NCBI GenBank assembly: GCA_965223265.1
Contig: OZ244999.1
Coordinates: forward strand, 4,704,001-4,768,000
Length of the DNA: 64,000 nt
Reading direction: 5' to 3'
Origin: Planctomycetota bacterium
Lineage (GTDB): Bacteria > Planctomycetota > UBA8108 > SXIK01
In this document: positions 47,140-59,069 of the stretch, piece by piece
Numbering within the stretch: position 1 is the stretch's first letter
Layout of the letters: each line of letters starts with the position of its first letter
The notes under the pieces: generated by a model
The model's input: the letters and a program-made list of their open reading frames with translations, nothing else
Databases searched by the model: none
Told to the model about the DNA's origin: nothing
Translations under genes and position numbers: made by a program

Positions 47140-48786
47140 TCACTCGCCGCGTCCCCGCAGACGGATCGCAAACGACCCCGCGTTGGTGCTCGAGTTTGAC
47201 GTCGCCTCGAACGCACCCACAGCGGTGGGCGTGAAGCGGAAGAAGTACTGGCAGCTCGCACCCGGCGCGACGCCGCTAGCGCAGTTCTGTGACGCCGTGA
47301 ACTGAGCGTCGGGGGGTACCCCACCAACGAAACTCTCCAGCGTGGACAGACCGAGATTCGTGATCGTGACGGCTTGGGGAGGACTGGTGACGCCGACCGG
47401 GACGGTACCGAAGTCGAGCTCCAGCGGCGTGACCCAAAGCTTGGGACCGACGCCGCGTCCCCTGAGTCGGATGACAAAGGGTCCGGCGTTGGTCGACGAT
47501 TCCGATGTCGTCTCGAAGCTGCCGAGCTTCGTCGGCGTGAAGCGGAAGAAGTACTGGCAGCTCGCGCCCGGTGCGACGCCGCCAGCGCAGTTCTGTGACG
47601 CCGAGAACTGGGTGTCGAACGGTACCCCGCCGGCGAAATCCGTCAGTGTGGAAGAGCTCGTGCTCCGGATGGTAACCGCCTGTGGTGGGCTCGTGACGCC
47701 GAGGCCAACGGGTCCAAAGTCGAGCTCGAGCGGCGTCACTGTCTTGTCCACTAATGGGCTGGGGAAGGGAGGCGAGACACCTCGTCCGCGGAGGCGTACG
47801 ACGAAGGACCCTGCATTGGTGGAGGTAGTCGACGTCGTCTCGAAGACGCCGCTCTTGGTCGGCGTAAACCGGAAAAAGTACTGGCAGCTCGCACCCAGCG
47901 CGACGCCGCTAGCACAGTTCTGTGAACCCGAGAACTGAGTGTCTGGGGGCAGCCCACCAGCAAAGCTCTCCAGTCTCGCCAGGCCGGTGTTCCGGATCGT
48001 CACCACCTGCTGCTCGCTCGAAGTGTGCAGCACGACGTTGCCGAAGTCGAGCTCAAGCGGGCTGGCCGTGAGCGATGCGCCGACCCCCGTACCGCGCAGC
48101 CGGATGACAATCGGCCCGGCGCTCGTGCTCGTCGTTGAGACCGTCTCGAACTCGCCCGTGGCATTCGGCGTCAACCGGAAGGAGTACTGGCAGCTCGCAC
48201 CCGGCGCGACGCCGCCAGCGCAGTTCTGTGACGCCGAGAACTGGGTGTCGGCCGGTGAGCCGCCGGCAAAGTTGGTCAGCAGTGCGGTTCCCTGGTTGGT
48301 GAAGGTGACCGTCAGCGGCGGACTGGTGACGCCGACGCCTACGCAGCCAAAGTCGAGATCCAGGGGGGTAACACGGATGGACTCGGGCGGCGGCGGGATG
48401 CATGGGAAGTAGACGACGCAATCGAGTCCATCGGGTGTGGGATCGTTACCGCAGCTCCCCGAGGGGAGGGGCGGCGGCTGCCCGTCAACGAACAGAAAGC
48501 TGAGGAGGTAGATGGGGTCAGCGATGTCGATGGAGCCATCATCGTTCACATCGGCGGCGTCTCGACACGGGATCTGGGCGGGAGATCCCACAAAGAGGAA
48601 GCCCAGAATGTGGATTGCGTCGCTAATATCCTCGGCCGAGTCTGCGTTCGAGTCACCGCGTCTGAAGTCCGCCGCTGGTGCAGACGATATCGCCACGGAC
48701 GCGACCAGTAGGACAACAAGAAAAAGCTGCGCTGAGGTGGCAGTCCTCGGGCGCCAGGCGTTCATCAGGAGCTTGATAGTACTCAT
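47140..48786 (-). CDS. Secreted protein: N-terminal dockerin-like domain and four Ig-like (ASH/choice-of-anchor D-like) repeats
   Basis: Signal peptide; FRRGDSNAD...CRDAADVNDDG; four ~100-aa repeats PLELDFG...SQNCAGGVAPGASCQYFFRFTP...IRLRG.G. Confidence 0.85.
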   Translation of the reverse strand: MSTIKLLMNAWRPRTATSAQLFLVVLLVASVAISSAPAADFRRGDSNADSAEDISDAIHILGFLFVGSPAQIPCRDAADVNDDGSIDIADPIYLLSFLFVDGQPPPLPSGSCGNDPTPDGLDCVVYFPCIPPPPESIRVTPLDLDFGCVGVGVTSPPLTVTFTNQGTALLTNFAGGSPADTQFSASQNCAGGVAPGASCQYSFRLTPNATGEFETVSTTSTSAGPIVIRLRGTGVGASLTASPLELDFGNVVLHTSSEQQVVTIRNTGLARLESFAGGLPPDTQFSGSQNCASGVALGASCQYFFRFTPTKSGVFETTSTTSTNAGSFVVRLRGRGVSPPFPSPLVDKTVTPLELDFGPVGLGVTSPPQAVTIRSTSSSTLTDFAGGVPFDTQFSASQNCAGGVAPGASCQYFFRFTPTKLGSFETTSESSTNAGPFVIRLRGRGVGPKLWVTPLELDFGTVPVGVTSPPQAVTITNLGLSTLESFVGGVPPDAQFTASQNCASGVAPGASCQYFFRFTPTAVGAFEATSNSSTNAGSFAIRLRGRGE

Positions 48787-49764
48787 GGGAGTGCTCGAAT
48801 CGAGATGGCGCGGTGAAAACAGGCGGGCGTGTCCCCATCATACGACGTTACTGCCGCGGCCCGCAATTGTGAGATCTGCGCGGCCGGCAGTCTCCACGCG
48901 GTTGTCGATCTGCTCGAGTCAGATGTGATTCCCTTCGACGCCGGCGTCGGCAGGTCGACACCTGGGGTGAGGGCGACGGGAAGGAGGGCGGAAGCCTCAC
49001 CCATTCTCTCGCGAATTCGTCGATCGTGGCCGCGCGAGCTCAGATCGGTTACAACGATCTTATGACTGAGCCGAGCGAGACTTCTCACGCACGCCACAGA
49101 GCAACCAGTCGATCACGTAGAAGCGTGGCGAGGCAAGCGCCTCGTAGCGGACCGAGAGGGCTTGATGTTGAATCAAACGAACGGCTGACCAGGTTCAAAA
49201 CTCTTTCCAGACGAGCGCCACCCGCGTCAGGTCACCCGGACGAGGCCGGACGTCGAACGGAACAGCGAAATCGTACAGCCATCGTGGAAGCAGCGAAATG
49301 ATGCGCACGCCCTCCTCCACAAAGAATTCTCGATTCCACGTCTTCAGAAGAGACTCCGCCTCTTATTCTGGTCTTCATCGCGGACGTACTTTTGGAACTG
49401 CGATGTGTGCGCGCAGATTCATCCAATCAACGTTGGTTTCCTCTCGAACTTGGAGCCGCGTCGTGTCTGTTCGACGGACGAGAAGGGTGGGAAGTCTTGG
49501 TGCTTGGTCGGGAAAACGAAGTCTTTCACCCAAATCGAATGGCCCTTCCGGCGATGTCTTCTCATGTGTGCGATGAGTGTTGCGATCGCCGGGTGCACCA
49601 GAGAGCCGCCGTCGACATCTCCGCCCGTCAGGGATGCCCTGCGGCGACCTTTCAGGGAATCTTCCCTTGCCAAGAAACCCGCAGTAGAATGCGGCTTTCT
49701 AGTGAATGCGCCTTGAAACGAGTCGCCAGAGCGCTGGCGGCCTCGAGCTTCCGGAGAGACCAAG

Positions 49765-52700
49765 ATGGTTCCGGGGTATTCCATCCTCGAAAAGCTTTAT
49801 ACCGGACGAAGGCGTGTAGTCTATCGCGCTCTACGGGAGGAAGACCGAAGCACGGTTATCTTGAAGTCCCTCCTAAAAGAGCTTCCGTCTTCTCAGGACC
49901 TGACCAACCTCAAGCACGAATTTGACGTTCTCACGAGACTCCAGGCTCCTGGCGTCATCAAGGCCTTCGATCTGGCGCAGTCCGGCAAGAGTGCGGTACT
50001 GGTCCTAGAGGACATCCAAGGCCAACCGCTCTCCGAGTTGATTGGTCTGGGCGACGTCGATCTGCCAGCGTTCCTTCGGATTGCGTCGAAGCTTGCCGCC
50101 ACCCTCGAAGCGATCCATCGCCACGGCGTCGTGCATCGAGATCTCAACCCGAAGAACATCATCTTCAACAAGAAAGACGAGGAGCTGCGCATTATCGATT
50201 TCGGCATCTCGTCCCTGTTCTCTGAGGGAGCGCAAGGGCTTCATCGGGCGAGCGCCCCCGAAGGAACGCCCGCGTACATGTCTCCGGAGCAGACCGGGCG
50301 AGTGAACAGGGCTGTTGATCAACGGACCGACTTCTACTCGCTGGGAATCAGCTTCTACGAGATGCTCACGGGGCGCCTACCGTTTCGTACGGACGACCCG
50401 CTCCAGCTATTGCACGCTCATATCGCCAAGCAGCCACCCGCACCTCATGAGGTGAAGACCGACATTCCTCCGGTCGTTGCCTCGATCGTGATGAAGCTGC
50501 TCGCTAAGGCGCCGGAGGACCGTTATCAGAGCGCCGAAGGGATCCAAGTCGACCTTCAGGAATGCCAGCGCCAATGGAGCGCTGCCGAGAAGATCGAAGA
50601 CTTCCCACTGGGAATCAATGATAGGACAAGTATTTTTCAAATTCCACAGCGGCTATACGGCCGCGGAGTCGAGACAGAACGACTCCTCTCCGCTTTTCGT
50701 CGAGCCACCAACGGAAGTGCCCAACTCCTCCTTGTGAGAGGGTACTCCGGCGTCGGAAAGTCAGCCCTCATCAACGAAGTCCAAGTTCCCATACTCGACG
50801 CGCATGGGCACTTCATTGCCGGGAAGTTCGAGCAGCTACAGCGAACGGTTCCCTACTCAGCCATCGCCACAGCCTTTCAGCAGCTCATTCGACAGCTTTT
50901 GACCGAGAGTGAGTCCGCGTTGGAATCCTGGAAAGGCAGACTTCAAACCGCTCTGGGGAGCAACGCGCAAGTCATCGTGGACGTGATTCCCGACGTTGAG
51001 TTGGTCATCGGTCCACAGCCGCCTGCGGCAGAGCTCGGGCCCACCGAAAGCCAAAACCGCTTTCGTCTCGTGTTTCAAAATTTTACGCGTGTGTTTTGCT
51101 CGAAAGAGTCGCCCCTCGTTCTTTTCCTCGACGACTTGCAGTGGGTAGACGCCGCCTCGCTTCGTCTTCTAGAGTTCATTCTCACCGACGAGGACACGCG
51201 CCATCTGCTCGTGATTGGAGCCTACCGAGACAACGAGGTAGGTGCTGACCATCCGCTGTCTCGCGCGCTGCAGAGATTGCGGGACGACAACGCGACGACC
51301 GAAGAAATCTCCTTGTCGCCGCTGGGCGCAGACCACATGTCGCAGCTCGTTGCCGAGACCCTGTATCGCGACGGCGCAGACGTCGGGCCTCTCGTCGAAC
51401 TTCTCAAGCGAAAGACTGATGGGAATCCGTTCTTCCTGCGGCAGTTTCTCCGAACACTGTGCCAGGAAAAGCTGTTTGGCTTCGATCCCGACAGTCGATC
51501 CTGGCGCTGGGGCATCGAAGAGATCGAGGCGATGGACATCACGAACAACGTCGTCGATCTGATGGTCCGAAAACTGCGTAGGCTACCGGAGGCTACGCAG
51601 GTCACCCTGCGACAAGCAGCTTGTATCGGACACGGGTTCGATCTTCCGACCCTGAGCGTCGTGTCCGGCACCAACGCAGACACGACCAGTGGAAACCTCC
51701 AACCGGCGCTCGCTGAGGGTTTGATCGTGAGATCCCGAGATCCTCTTCGTGCGTCCCAGCGGGATGGTGAGACAGAACAAACTCCGACGGAAGCTCCGCG
51801 AAGCGCTTTTCGATTCCTCCATGACCGGGTCCAACAAGCGGCCTACGAATTGATCGACGAATCGGAGCGCGATGCAGTTCACCTTCGGATCGGCCGACAA
51901 ATGCTTTTCGGTTTGAGCGAGTCAGAGAAGCGCGATCGGATCTTTGAGATCGCCGATCACCTCAATTTGGGGCGACGTCTCATCGAAGACGATCGCGATG
52001 ACATTGACTTGGTCGGCGTGAATCTCGTCGCCGGCGAGAAAGCAAAGGAATCGACGGCGTATGCCGCGGCCCGCGAGTATTTTCGAGCTGCGTTGGAATG
52101 CTTAGCGCCGGACTCCTGGTCGACAGACTACGATCGGTGCATGGAGCTCCACACGCGCCTTGCCGAGTCAGAGTACCTCAATGGCGAATTCGATCGTTCC
52201 CGGGAGATGACCAATGAGGTCCTGAAGGAGGCGACCTCGGCGACTGACCGGGCCACCGTCTACGATTTGCTCGTTCGCCAGTACACACTCAGCGGAGAGT
52301 ACGAAACCGCAATCGAAACTGTCAGGAAAGCCCTTTCCGAACTTGAGATCGATTTACCCGAGGATGACCTCGCTACGGCTCTGACCGATGAATTAGGACG
52401 AATTCGTTCGCTCATCGGCGATCGCTCAACCGCTTCTCTGATCGACGAGCCTGAGATGACTGAAGCTACTAAGATGATTGCGGCTCGCCTCCTCGCGAGT
52501 TTGTGTCCGCTCGCCTATATCGCGAGTCCCGAGCTGTGTCGACTTGCCGGAGCGAAACTTGTCCGTCTGTCGCTGGAGCATGGACACACACCAGACTGCG
52601 CTCTCGGCTACTCATTTCTCGGGCTCACGTATGCTTCCGGCCTCGGAGAGTATCGGAAGGCGTTCGACTACGCGCAACTGGGTATTCGTCTCAGCGAGAG

Positions 52701-55269
52701 ATTTCAAGACGACGCCCAAAAATGCAGGACGACACACGTCTTCATAGCCTTCATCAACCATTGGTCTCGCCACATCAAATTTATGAAGGCCGTCAATGAT
52801 CAAGGGTTTCAGGCAGGCCTCGCGTCGGGTGAGTTACAATTCGCCGGATACCATCGGTACAACCGGGCCCTGTGTTTGTACTACGAGGGGAAGCCTCTGG
52901 CCGAGCTCCTTCCTGAGCTCGACGAGCTTGCTCAGTTCAGCAGGAAGACGAAGAATCAACACGGCACGGATCCCATCGTCGGTGTTCAGCTTGTCGCGAG
53001 GAACCTTACTGGCAAGACAACCGAGACGCTGGGTTTCGATGGGGAGAGTTTCTCAGAGTCCGACTTCAAGCGCGACCTTCAGGCGCGCAATGCCCGACCT
53101 GCCTGGACTCATTATCACGTGGTCAAATCGCACGCGCTGTACCTTCACGGCTCAATGAATGACGCTCTGGAGTGCAGCCTGGAAGCTGAAAAAACGCTCT
53201 CCTACGTGTCCGGGCACTTTTCTGTCGCTGCACACAACTTCTATCAATCACTGATTTTGGTTTCGCTTTGTCGAGCGACGTCGGGAGAGGCTCGGGAAAA
53301 ATATTTGGCAAAGGCTCGACGGAACCAAAGCCAGATGAAGACTTGGGCAGAACACTGCCCGGAGAACTTCCAGCACCGGTATCTACTTGTCGAGGCAGAA
53401 TTAGGCCGCCTCGAATCTGACAGCTGGCAGGCGGCTATTCTCTTCTCAAAGTCCATCGCTGCGGCCGAGAAACACAACTTCATCCACGACGAAGCGGTCG
53501 CGAAGGAGCTCGCTGCAGAGTTCTGGCTTGAGCATGGAAACGAGAAATTCGCGCACGTCTATCTGCACGAAGCGTCGCATGCGTATCAACAATGGGGCGC
53601 CACGCGCAAGGTTGCAGATCTCGAGGTTGCGCATCCGGTACTCCGGAAGTCCACTAGAGCCCCCGACGACGAATTCAGTGGAACGGTGACGATGAGTCGT
53701 GGATCGGGCGTCGTGCTCGACCTAGAGACCGTGATGAAATCCTCGCAGGCGATTTCGGGCGAAATTGCTCTTCCAAGCCTCTTGGAGCGAGTCATCGAAA
53801 TCGCGATCGAGAACGCGGGCGCTGAGCGCGGTGTGCTTGTTCTCGAACGGGACGGCCGGCTTTTTGTGGGAGCCGAGGAGGACGCGCAGAAACGGACAAA
53901 CACACTAGATTTCGACGAATTGGAAGCACGGGGAAATCTTTGCCTGGCGGTAGTGCATCTAGTTCGACGAACCGGTGAAAGCGTCATCGTCGCGGACGCT
54001 TGTCGCGACACTCGTGTTGCAGGTGACCCGTACGTTTCGGACAGGGCTCCGAAGTCTATTCTCTGCGTGCCCGTGCATCAGCACGGAGAGATCATGGGGC
54101 TTTTCTATCTAGAGAACAATCTCACGACACACGCCTTCACACCTGACCGTATCGAGATCATCCAAGTCCTCGCAGCTCAGACAGCGGTCTCGCTGAAGAA
54201 CGCGGGGCTCTATGAAGATCTCCAGGAGGCCCTTTCCGAAGTTGAGAGACTCAAGGATCGTCTCCAGGCAGAGAACATCTATTTACAGGATGAGATCAAG
54301 TCAGGGCACAACTTCGATTTCATCGTCGGTGAAAGCAAAGAGCTCAAAGAGCTTCTCGGTCAGCTCGAGCAAGTCGCAGAGACAGACGCCACCGTTCTGG
54401 TTCTCGGCGAAACCGGCACCGGCAAAGAGCTGATCGCCCGAGCCGTCCACAGCCTTAGCCATCGGAAGACCCGCCCGTTGATCAAGGTCAACTGTGCGGC
54501 GCTACCCGCAAATCTCGTCGAAAGCGAGCTCTTTGGACACGAGAAGGGGGCATTCACGGGCGCCATCGCGAAAAAGATCGGGCGCTTCGAACTGGCAAAC
54601 GGCGGCACTATCTTTCTCGACGAGATCGGCGACCTCCCTCAAGATCTTCAAGCGAAACTTCTCCGAGTTCTTCAAGAAGGAGAATTCGAACGTCTCGGCA
54701 ATCCGCAGACAATCCAGGTTGACGTCCGGGTCATCTCAGCGACCAATCGCGACCTCCTCAAGCTGGTATGGGCGGGAGACTTTCGCCAGGACCTCTATTA
54801 CCGACTCAACGTCTTTCCACTTTCCGTCCCTCCGCTCAGAGAGCGCGACGGAGACATCCCTCTTTTGGTTCAGCATTTCGTCAAAGGCTTTTCCCGCAAG
54901 CTCGGCAGGGAGATCCAAACGATTCCTCAGGACGTGATGGCCACTCTCTCGAAGTACCGCTGGCCCGGCAATGTCAGGGAGCTCGAGAACGTCATCGAGC
55001 GAGCCGTCATACTCACTCGGGGTTCCAGCCTTCAGATCGATCGCAGTCTGAGTGAGAGGGAAAGAGAAAGCGACAGCGTTCAGGGGCAACTGGCGCCCCA
55101 GGGTACGTTGGCAGAGGTCGAACGTTCGCACATTGAGCGCACCCTCGAGACCACCAACTGGAGGATCGAGGGAAACGAGGGTGCCGCCAAGCTTCTCGGC
55201 CTCAACCCCAGTACGCTTCGATCTCGAATGCAAAAGCTGGGTCTGAAGAAGCCCTCTCAAGCCAACTGA
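49765..55269 (+). CDS. Sigma54 enhancer-binding protein with Ser/Thr kinase, AAA ATPase, helical repeat region, GAF, AAA+ and Fis-HTH domains
   Basis: [19 protein letters not shown]; [16 protein letters not shown]; YLENN (GAF); [22 protein letters not shown]; C-terminal HTH. Confidence 0.93.
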   Translation: MVPGYSILEKLYTGRRRVVYRALREEDRSTVILKSLLKELPSSQDLTNLKHEFDVLTRLQAPGVIKAFDLAQSGKSAVLVLEDIQGQPLSELIGLGDVDLPAFLRIASKLAATLEAIHRHGVVHRDLNPKNIIFNKKDEELRIIDFGISSLFSEGAQGLHRASAPEGTPAYMSPEQTGRVNRAVDQRTDFYSLGISFYEMLTGRLPFRTDDPLQLLHAHIAKQPPAPHEVKTDIPPVVASIVMKLLAKAPEDRYQSAEGIQVDLQECQRQWSAAEKIEDFPLGINDRTSIFQIPQRLYGRGVETERLLSAFRRATNGSAQLLLVRGYSGVGKSALINEVQVPILDAHGHFIAGKFEQLQRTVPYSAIATAFQQLIRQLLTESESALESWKGRLQTALGSNAQVIVDVIPDVELVIGPQPPAAELGPTESQNRFRLVFQNFTRVFCSKESPLVLFLDDLQWVDAASLRLLEFILTDEDTRHLLVIGAYRDNEVGADHPLSRALQRLRDDNATTEEISLSPLGADHMSQLVAETLYRDGADVGPLVELLKRKTDGNPFFLRQFLRTLCQEKLFGFDPDSRSWRWGIEEIEAMDITNNVVDLMVRKLRRLPEATQVTLRQAACIGHGFDLPTLSVVSGTNADTTSGNLQPALAEGLIVRSRDPLRASQRDGETEQTPTEAPRSAFRFLHDRVQQAAYELIDESERDAVHLRIGRQMLFGLSESEKRDRIFEIADHLNLGRRLIEDDRDDIDLVGVNLVAGEKAKESTAYAAAREYFRAALECLAPDSWSTDYDRCMELHTRLAESEYLNGEFDRSREMTNEVLKEATSATDRATVYDLLVRQYTLSGEYETAIETVRKALSELEIDLPEDDLATALTDELGRIRSLIGDRSTASLIDEPEMTEATKMIAARLLASLCPLAYIASPELCRLAGAKLVRLSLEHGHTPDCALGYSFLGLTYASGLGEYRKAFDYAQLGIRLSERFQDDAQKCRTTHVFIAFINHWSRHIKFMKAVNDQGFQAGLASGELQFAGYHRYNRALCLYYEGKPLAELLPELDELAQFSRKTKNQHGTDPIVGVQLVARNLTGKTTETLGFDGESFSESDFKRDLQARNARPAWTHYHVVKSHALYLHGSMNDALECSLEAEKTLSYVSGHFSVAAHNFYQSLILVSLCRATSGEAREKYLAKARRNQSQMKTWAEHCPENFQHRYLLVEAELGRLESDSWQAAILFSKSIAAAEKHNFIHDEAVAKELAAEFWLEHGNEKFAHVYLHEASHAYQQWGATRKVADLEVAHPVLRKSTRAPDDEFSGTVTMSRGSGVVLDLETVMKSSQAISGEIALPSLLERVIEIAIENAGAERGVLVLERDGRLFVGAEEDAQKRTNTLDFDELEARGNLCLAVVHLVRRTGESVIVADACRDTRVAGDPYVSDRAPKSILCVPVHQHGEIMGLFYLENNLTTHAFTPDRIEIIQVLAAQTAVSLKNAGLYEDLQEALSEVERLKDRLQAENIYLQDEIKSGHNFDFIVGESKELKELLGQLEQVAETDATVLVLGETGTGKELIARAVHSLSHRKTRPLIKVNCAALPANLVESELFGHEKGAFTGAIAKKIGRFELANGGTIFLDEIGDLPQDLQAKLLRVLQEGEFERLGNPQTIQVDVRVISATNRDLLKLVWAGDFRQDLYYRLNVFPLSVPPLRERDGDIPLLVQHFVKGFSRKLGREIQTIPQDVMATLSKYRWPGNVRELENVIERAVILTRGSSLQIDRSLSERERESDSVQGQLAPQGTLAEVERSHIERTLETTNWRIEGNEGAAKLLGLNPSTLRSRMQKLGLKKPSQAN

Positions 55270-55286
55270 GTCGCCTTCCAAGGAGC

Positions 55287-55339
55287 CCGCGGTATTTCGC
55301 GGCCGCGATCCTTCGAGGCCGCCGGCGGCGATTCCGTGG
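55287..55339. promoter_or_regulatory. Putative upstream activator sites (tandem imperfect palindromes)
   Basis: CCGCGGTATTTCGCGG directly followed by CCGCGATCCTTCGAGG, plus a weaker CGGCGATTCCGTGG, 80-130 bp upstream of the -24 box. Confidence 0.45.
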
Positions 55340-55419
55340 GGGCCGTCCTCCACCCTAGTGTTTCCGTAAGCCCCATTTTGGATTGAGGCTACGGAAGACG
55401 CTCGGGCTCAACTATCCAG

Positions 55420-55434
55420 TGGCACGGGTTTTGT
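55420..55434 (+). promoter_or_regulatory. Putative sigma54 -24/-12 promoter
   Basis: TGGCAC-GGGTT-TTGT versus consensus TGGCAC-N5-TTGC (one mismatch), directly downstream of the activator gene. Confidence 0.62.
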
Positions 55435-55509
55435 TCTTCTCGCCTCGCGTCGTGAACGCCGCTTTGGCGAGCTAAACAGCCAGTACCAAGGAGCCAAGGA
55501 GGACAACAG

Positions 55510-56196
55510 ATGGCCCTGCCGAATCCTGGAATGAAGATCGACCCGCAGCGTACCGCACTGGTGATCACCGATCCGCAAAACGATTTCCTCAGTCCGAACG
55601 GTGTCACCTGGGGTGTCGTCGGTCAGAGCGTCCAAGAGAACAACACGGTCGAGAACATCGAGAGCCTGTTCAAGACAGCAAAGGCGAGCGGACTGCCCGT
55701 GTTCGTCTCCCCGCACTACTATTACCCCGCGGACCACGGCTGGAAGTTTGAGGGTGCCCTTGAAAAGCTGATGCACGACATCAACATGTTCGACCGCAAG
55801 GGCCCCCTCAGCCTGGAAGGATTCGAAGGCTCCGGTCCCGACTGGCTTGAGCCCTACAAGCCATACATCGAGGACGGCGAGACGGTCGTAGTGAGTCCAC
55901 ATAAGGTATTCGGGCCGGAGTCAAACGATCTGGTCCTCCAACTGAGAAAGCGGGGCATCGACAAGGTGATTCTGGCGGGTATGTCCGCCAATCTTTGTGT
56001 CGAGTCTCACCTGCGAGAGCTGCTTGAGCAAGGCTTCGAAGTAGCTGTCGTCAAAGACGCCACCGCCGGCGCCAAAGTCGAAGAGGGTGACGGGTACCAG
56101 GCGGCCGTGGTCAATTTCCGCTTTCTCGCGAACGCGGTGTGGACGAGCGCCGAAGCTGTAAGAGCTGTCGAGGAGAGCTCAGCGATCTCGGCGTGA
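55510..56196 (+). CDS. Cysteine hydrolase (isochorismatase family)
   Basis: AGGAGG RBS; TALVITDPQNDFL; PHK; GMSANLCVESHLR. Confidence 0.92.
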   Translation: MALPNPGMKIDPQRTALVITDPQNDFLSPNGVTWGVVGQSVQENNTVENIESLFKTAKASGLPVFVSPHYYYPADHGWKFEGALEKLMHDINMFDRKGPLSLEGFEGSGPDWLEPYKPYIEDGETVVVSPHKVFGPESNDLVLQLRKRGIDKVILAGMSANLCVESHLRELLEQGFEVAVVKDATAGAKVEEGDGYQAAVVNFRFLANAVWTSAEAVRAVEESSAISA

Positions 56197-56349
56197 AGAT
56201 CAGTCCTTCGTGTCGTCGGGCGGATAGAGAGTTCCTCGCGAGGAACGTCGTCGCCGCCAACAGTCTGTATCGAAAAAAAGAGCGCTGACTGAGTCGGGTG
56301 ACTCGGTCGCAAAGTGCAATCACTAACCATGTCCGAAAGGAGCGAAACC

Positions 56350-56724
56350 ATGAAAGCAGCGATCGTTGTTCTCTCAGATCCCAAGCCCGGTACCGAGGAA
56401 GCGCTCGGTCGTGTCTTCAACGCGTTGTCTGCTGCCTATGACTTCAAGCAGCGTGAAGACGAGGTGACCATCCTCTTCCATGGTCCCGGAACACGTTGGA
56501 TCGGTGAGCTTTCGAAGGAAGAGCATCCTGCCCACGCGCTCTTCGGGGAGGTTAAGGACAAGGTAGCAGGAGTTTCTTGTGGCTGCGCGGACGTATTCGG
56601 CGGCTCCGAAGACGCTGAGAAATCGGGATTCGATCTCGTAAAAGACAATCCCGTCCCTGGCACGTCTGGGCTTCCGAGTCTTCGGAATCTGATCTCCGAG
56701 GGATATTCCATCTTGACGTTCTGA
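56350..56724 (+). CDS. DsrE-like protein
   Basis: AAGGAG RBS; EEALGRVFNAL, ILFHGPGTRW, GVSCGCADVFG. Confidence 0.75.
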   Translation: MKAAIVVLSDPKPGTEEALGRVFNALSAAYDFKQREDEVTILFHGPGTRWIGELSKEEHPAHALFGEVKDKVAGVSCGCADVFGGSEDAEKSGFDLVKDNPVPGTSGLPSLRNLISEGYSILTF

Positions 56725-56788
56725 ACGCGTCTGCGCGCAGACGCGACACCGCTGTGCTGCAGCTCGAAGTAACGACGGAAGATCAATC

Positions 56789-57727
56789 ATGCGACTCGAA
56801 AATCCATACCACGAAGGCGAGCTGTCCGTTCAAGAGCGGCTCGGAGAAGTCGACGAAGGTCGGCGCAACGGCCGGGCGATCTCCGACTCGATATTGAAGG
56901 GAGCTCTCAAGTACATCGAACAACAGTCGCTTGTCGTCTTTGGAAGTCTCGACCAGGAGGACAACGTCTGGGCGTCTCTGCTGATCGGGGATCCTGGATT
57001 CTTGCGAGCATTCGACGAGCGGACTGTCGAAATCAACCTCGAAAAGGCTGCGCAGAATCGAGACGACCCACTCTGGAGCAACTTCGAACAAAACTCGCAA
57101 GTAGGAATGCTGGTGATCGATCTCGGCACTCGTAGGCGACTTCGCATCAACGGGCAGCTACTCCGTTCCTCTCAAGAGCAGCTCCGTCTCGCCGTCAGAG
57201 AGTCGTACCCGAACTGCCCGAAGTACATCCAACGACGACGGATCATAGCTCGCCTGGCGAAGCCGGTCGAAGCTTCAGCCGAATGCAGACACGGCGACCT
57301 ATTGACGCATGATCAACAAAAGTTCATTCGGTCAGCGGACACATTCTTCGTAGCAAGCGCTCACCCCGAGCGTGGGGTGGACGCTTCCCATCGTGGAGGC
57401 AACCCCGGCTTCATACGAGTACTCAGCGATCGGATGATCAGAGTCCCCGACTACGTCGGCAACCGGATGTACAACACATTGGGAAACTTTACGGTCAACC
57501 CACATGCAGGTCTTGTCTTTCTAGATTTCGAACGTTCTCGAACTCTGCAACTGATCGGCCGCCCGGAGATCCGGTGGAGCCTGAACGATTTAGAGAACGA
57601 GACAGGCGGAACTCGGCGGTACTGGGATTTCGAAATTATGCGGTGGTTGGAAACGAATCTGACGACCGAACTCAAGTGGGAGTTTCTCGATTCGTCACCG
57701 GAGAACCCGAGCACGGCCGCTGGGTAG
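56789..57727 (+). CDS. Pyridoxamine 5'-phosphate oxidase family protein (tandem split barrel)
   Basis: YHEGELSVQ, TRRRLRING, YPNCPKYIQRR, DASHRGGNPGF, PDYVGN.MYNTLGN. Confidence 0.9.
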   Translation: MRLENPYHEGELSVQERLGEVDEGRRNGRAISDSILKGALKYIEQQSLVVFGSLDQEDNVWASLLIGDPGFLRAFDERTVEINLEKAAQNRDDPLWSNFEQNSQVGMLVIDLGTRRRLRINGQLLRSSQEQLRLAVRESYPNCPKYIQRRRIIARLAKPVEASAECRHGDLLTHDQQKFIRSADTFFVASAHPERGVDASHRGGNPGFIRVLSDRMIRVPDYVGNRMYNTLGNFTVNPHAGLVFLDFERSRTLQLIGRPEIRWSLNDLENETGGTRRYWDFEIMRWLETNLTTELKWEFLDSSPENPSTAAG

Positions 57728-57790
57728 CCTCCGCACTGGCAGGAGCCACAGAATCTTGAACTCCAACACTCTACGGTAAGGAGAATAGCC

Positions 57791-58324
57791 ATGACGATTT
57801 CTCAAGCAGCAACCGTTCTGCCGCGCCACGAGACAGACTCGAGAGCGCAGCCTGTCATCGACGTCGTCTCTCGGCTCGACGTGGTCGGGTCTGTAGCGAC
57901 GCGATACGGAGTTGTCGGGGTCATCGCGTGGATCGGCGCGATGAAATTCACGGCGTACGAGGCAAACGCGATTCAGGGGCTTGTCGCCAACAGCCCTTTC
58001 ATGGCGTGGGTCTACAACGTTTTCAGCGTCGAAGGCTTCGGAACCACGCTAGGAATCATTGAGCTTGGTATCGCTTTCCTCCTCGCACTGAAACCGGTAT
58101 CTGCAAAAGCCGCTGCGATCGGAGCAGCACTCGCCATCGGGATGTTCGCCGCGACGCTCAGCTTCGTGTTCTCGACTCCTGGTGTCTTCGAGACAAGTCT
58201 CGGCGGCTTTCCGGCTCTCTCGGTGATGCCCGGACAGTTCCTCATCAAGGACATGGCTCTACTCGGTGTCTCCGTCTGGCTACTCGCTGACGCGTTGAAA
58301 GCGATCGCTCGCAGGCGCGGGTGA
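57791..58324 (+). CDS. YkgB/RclC (DUF417) family membrane protein
   Basis: RYG...WIGAMKFTAYEA.AI.GLVANSPFM; GQFLIKD. Confidence 0.88.
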   Translation: MTISQAATVLPRHETDSRAQPVIDVVSRLDVVGSVATRYGVVGVIAWIGAMKFTAYEANAIQGLVANSPFMAWVYNVFSVEGFGTTLGIIELGIAFLLALKPVSAKAAAIGAALAIGMFAATLSFVFSTPGVFETSLGGFPALSVMPGQFLIKDMALLGVSVWLLADALKAIARRRG

Positions 58325-58412
58325 GTGAGGAGGCCTCAGACAGAGCTCATGCTGAGCTGATGTCGATTTTCGAAAGTTTCGTCGGAACACAACTACTCAA
58401 GGAGACCTGGAC

Positions 58413-58943
58413 ATGAAAACTCTCTTTTCTACTGCAGCACTTACCGCCTTCAGTTTCGCGTCGCTCGGATGCTTCTCCAAAGTCGAGTCGGTCGGGAATT
58501 CGTCTGGAGGAGTTGACGCGGTCATAAAAAACGACCAGGAAAGCCGGGCGTACCTGCACTCCTACAATCTCCCCTCTCACGGAGTGGCGATCGAGGGATA
58601 CTGTCCCGTGGCGTATCAGGTTGTTAACAAACCTTTGAGGGGAAAGCCCGAGCACGCATCGACTTACAACGGCGTAACCTACCGTTTCGTGTCGGCGGAC
58701 GCGAAAGATGCCTTCGACAAAGATCCCGAGAAGTACATCCCTGCGTACGGCGGCTGGTGCGCATTCGGTATGGCGATCGAAGACAAGTTCCCGATCGATC
58801 CCGAGAAATTCAAAGTCGTCGACGGACGCCTTTTCCTCTTTCTGAACAACCGGGGCGTCGACGCCCTGAAACTCTGGAATGACGGAAACGAGAAAGAACT
58901 TCGCCGTAAGGCTGACGCTCACTGGAAGAAAGTGCAAGGCTGA
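58413..58943 (+). CDS. Exported YHS domain protein
   Basis: GYCPVAY, YNGVTYRF, DPEKYIPAYGGWCAFG, VVDGRLFL. Confidence 0.88.
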   Translation: MKTLFSTAALTAFSFASLGCFSKVESVGNSSGGVDAVIKNDQESRAYLHSYNLPSHGVAIEGYCPVAYQVVNKPLRGKPEHASTYNGVTYRFVSADAKDAFDKDPEKYIPAYGGWCAFGMAIEDKFPIDPEKFKVVDGRLFLFLNNRGVDALKLWNDGNEKELRRKADAHWKKVQG

Positions 58944-59069
58944 GCTTCGCTTCAGTCGTGCGTCTAAAAGGTTCGTCTGAGGATCGCACGCCGTCCGATA
59001 CGACGCCAGATGACAACAACGGACACGAACGTTATGAGATTTCGAAACGAACTACGAAAGGAAAATCCA

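Noticed and set aside
58413-58943. YHS protein as a selenoprotein
   Set aside because: The ORF is uninterrupted and has Cys at GYCPV and GGWC; no in-frame TGA.
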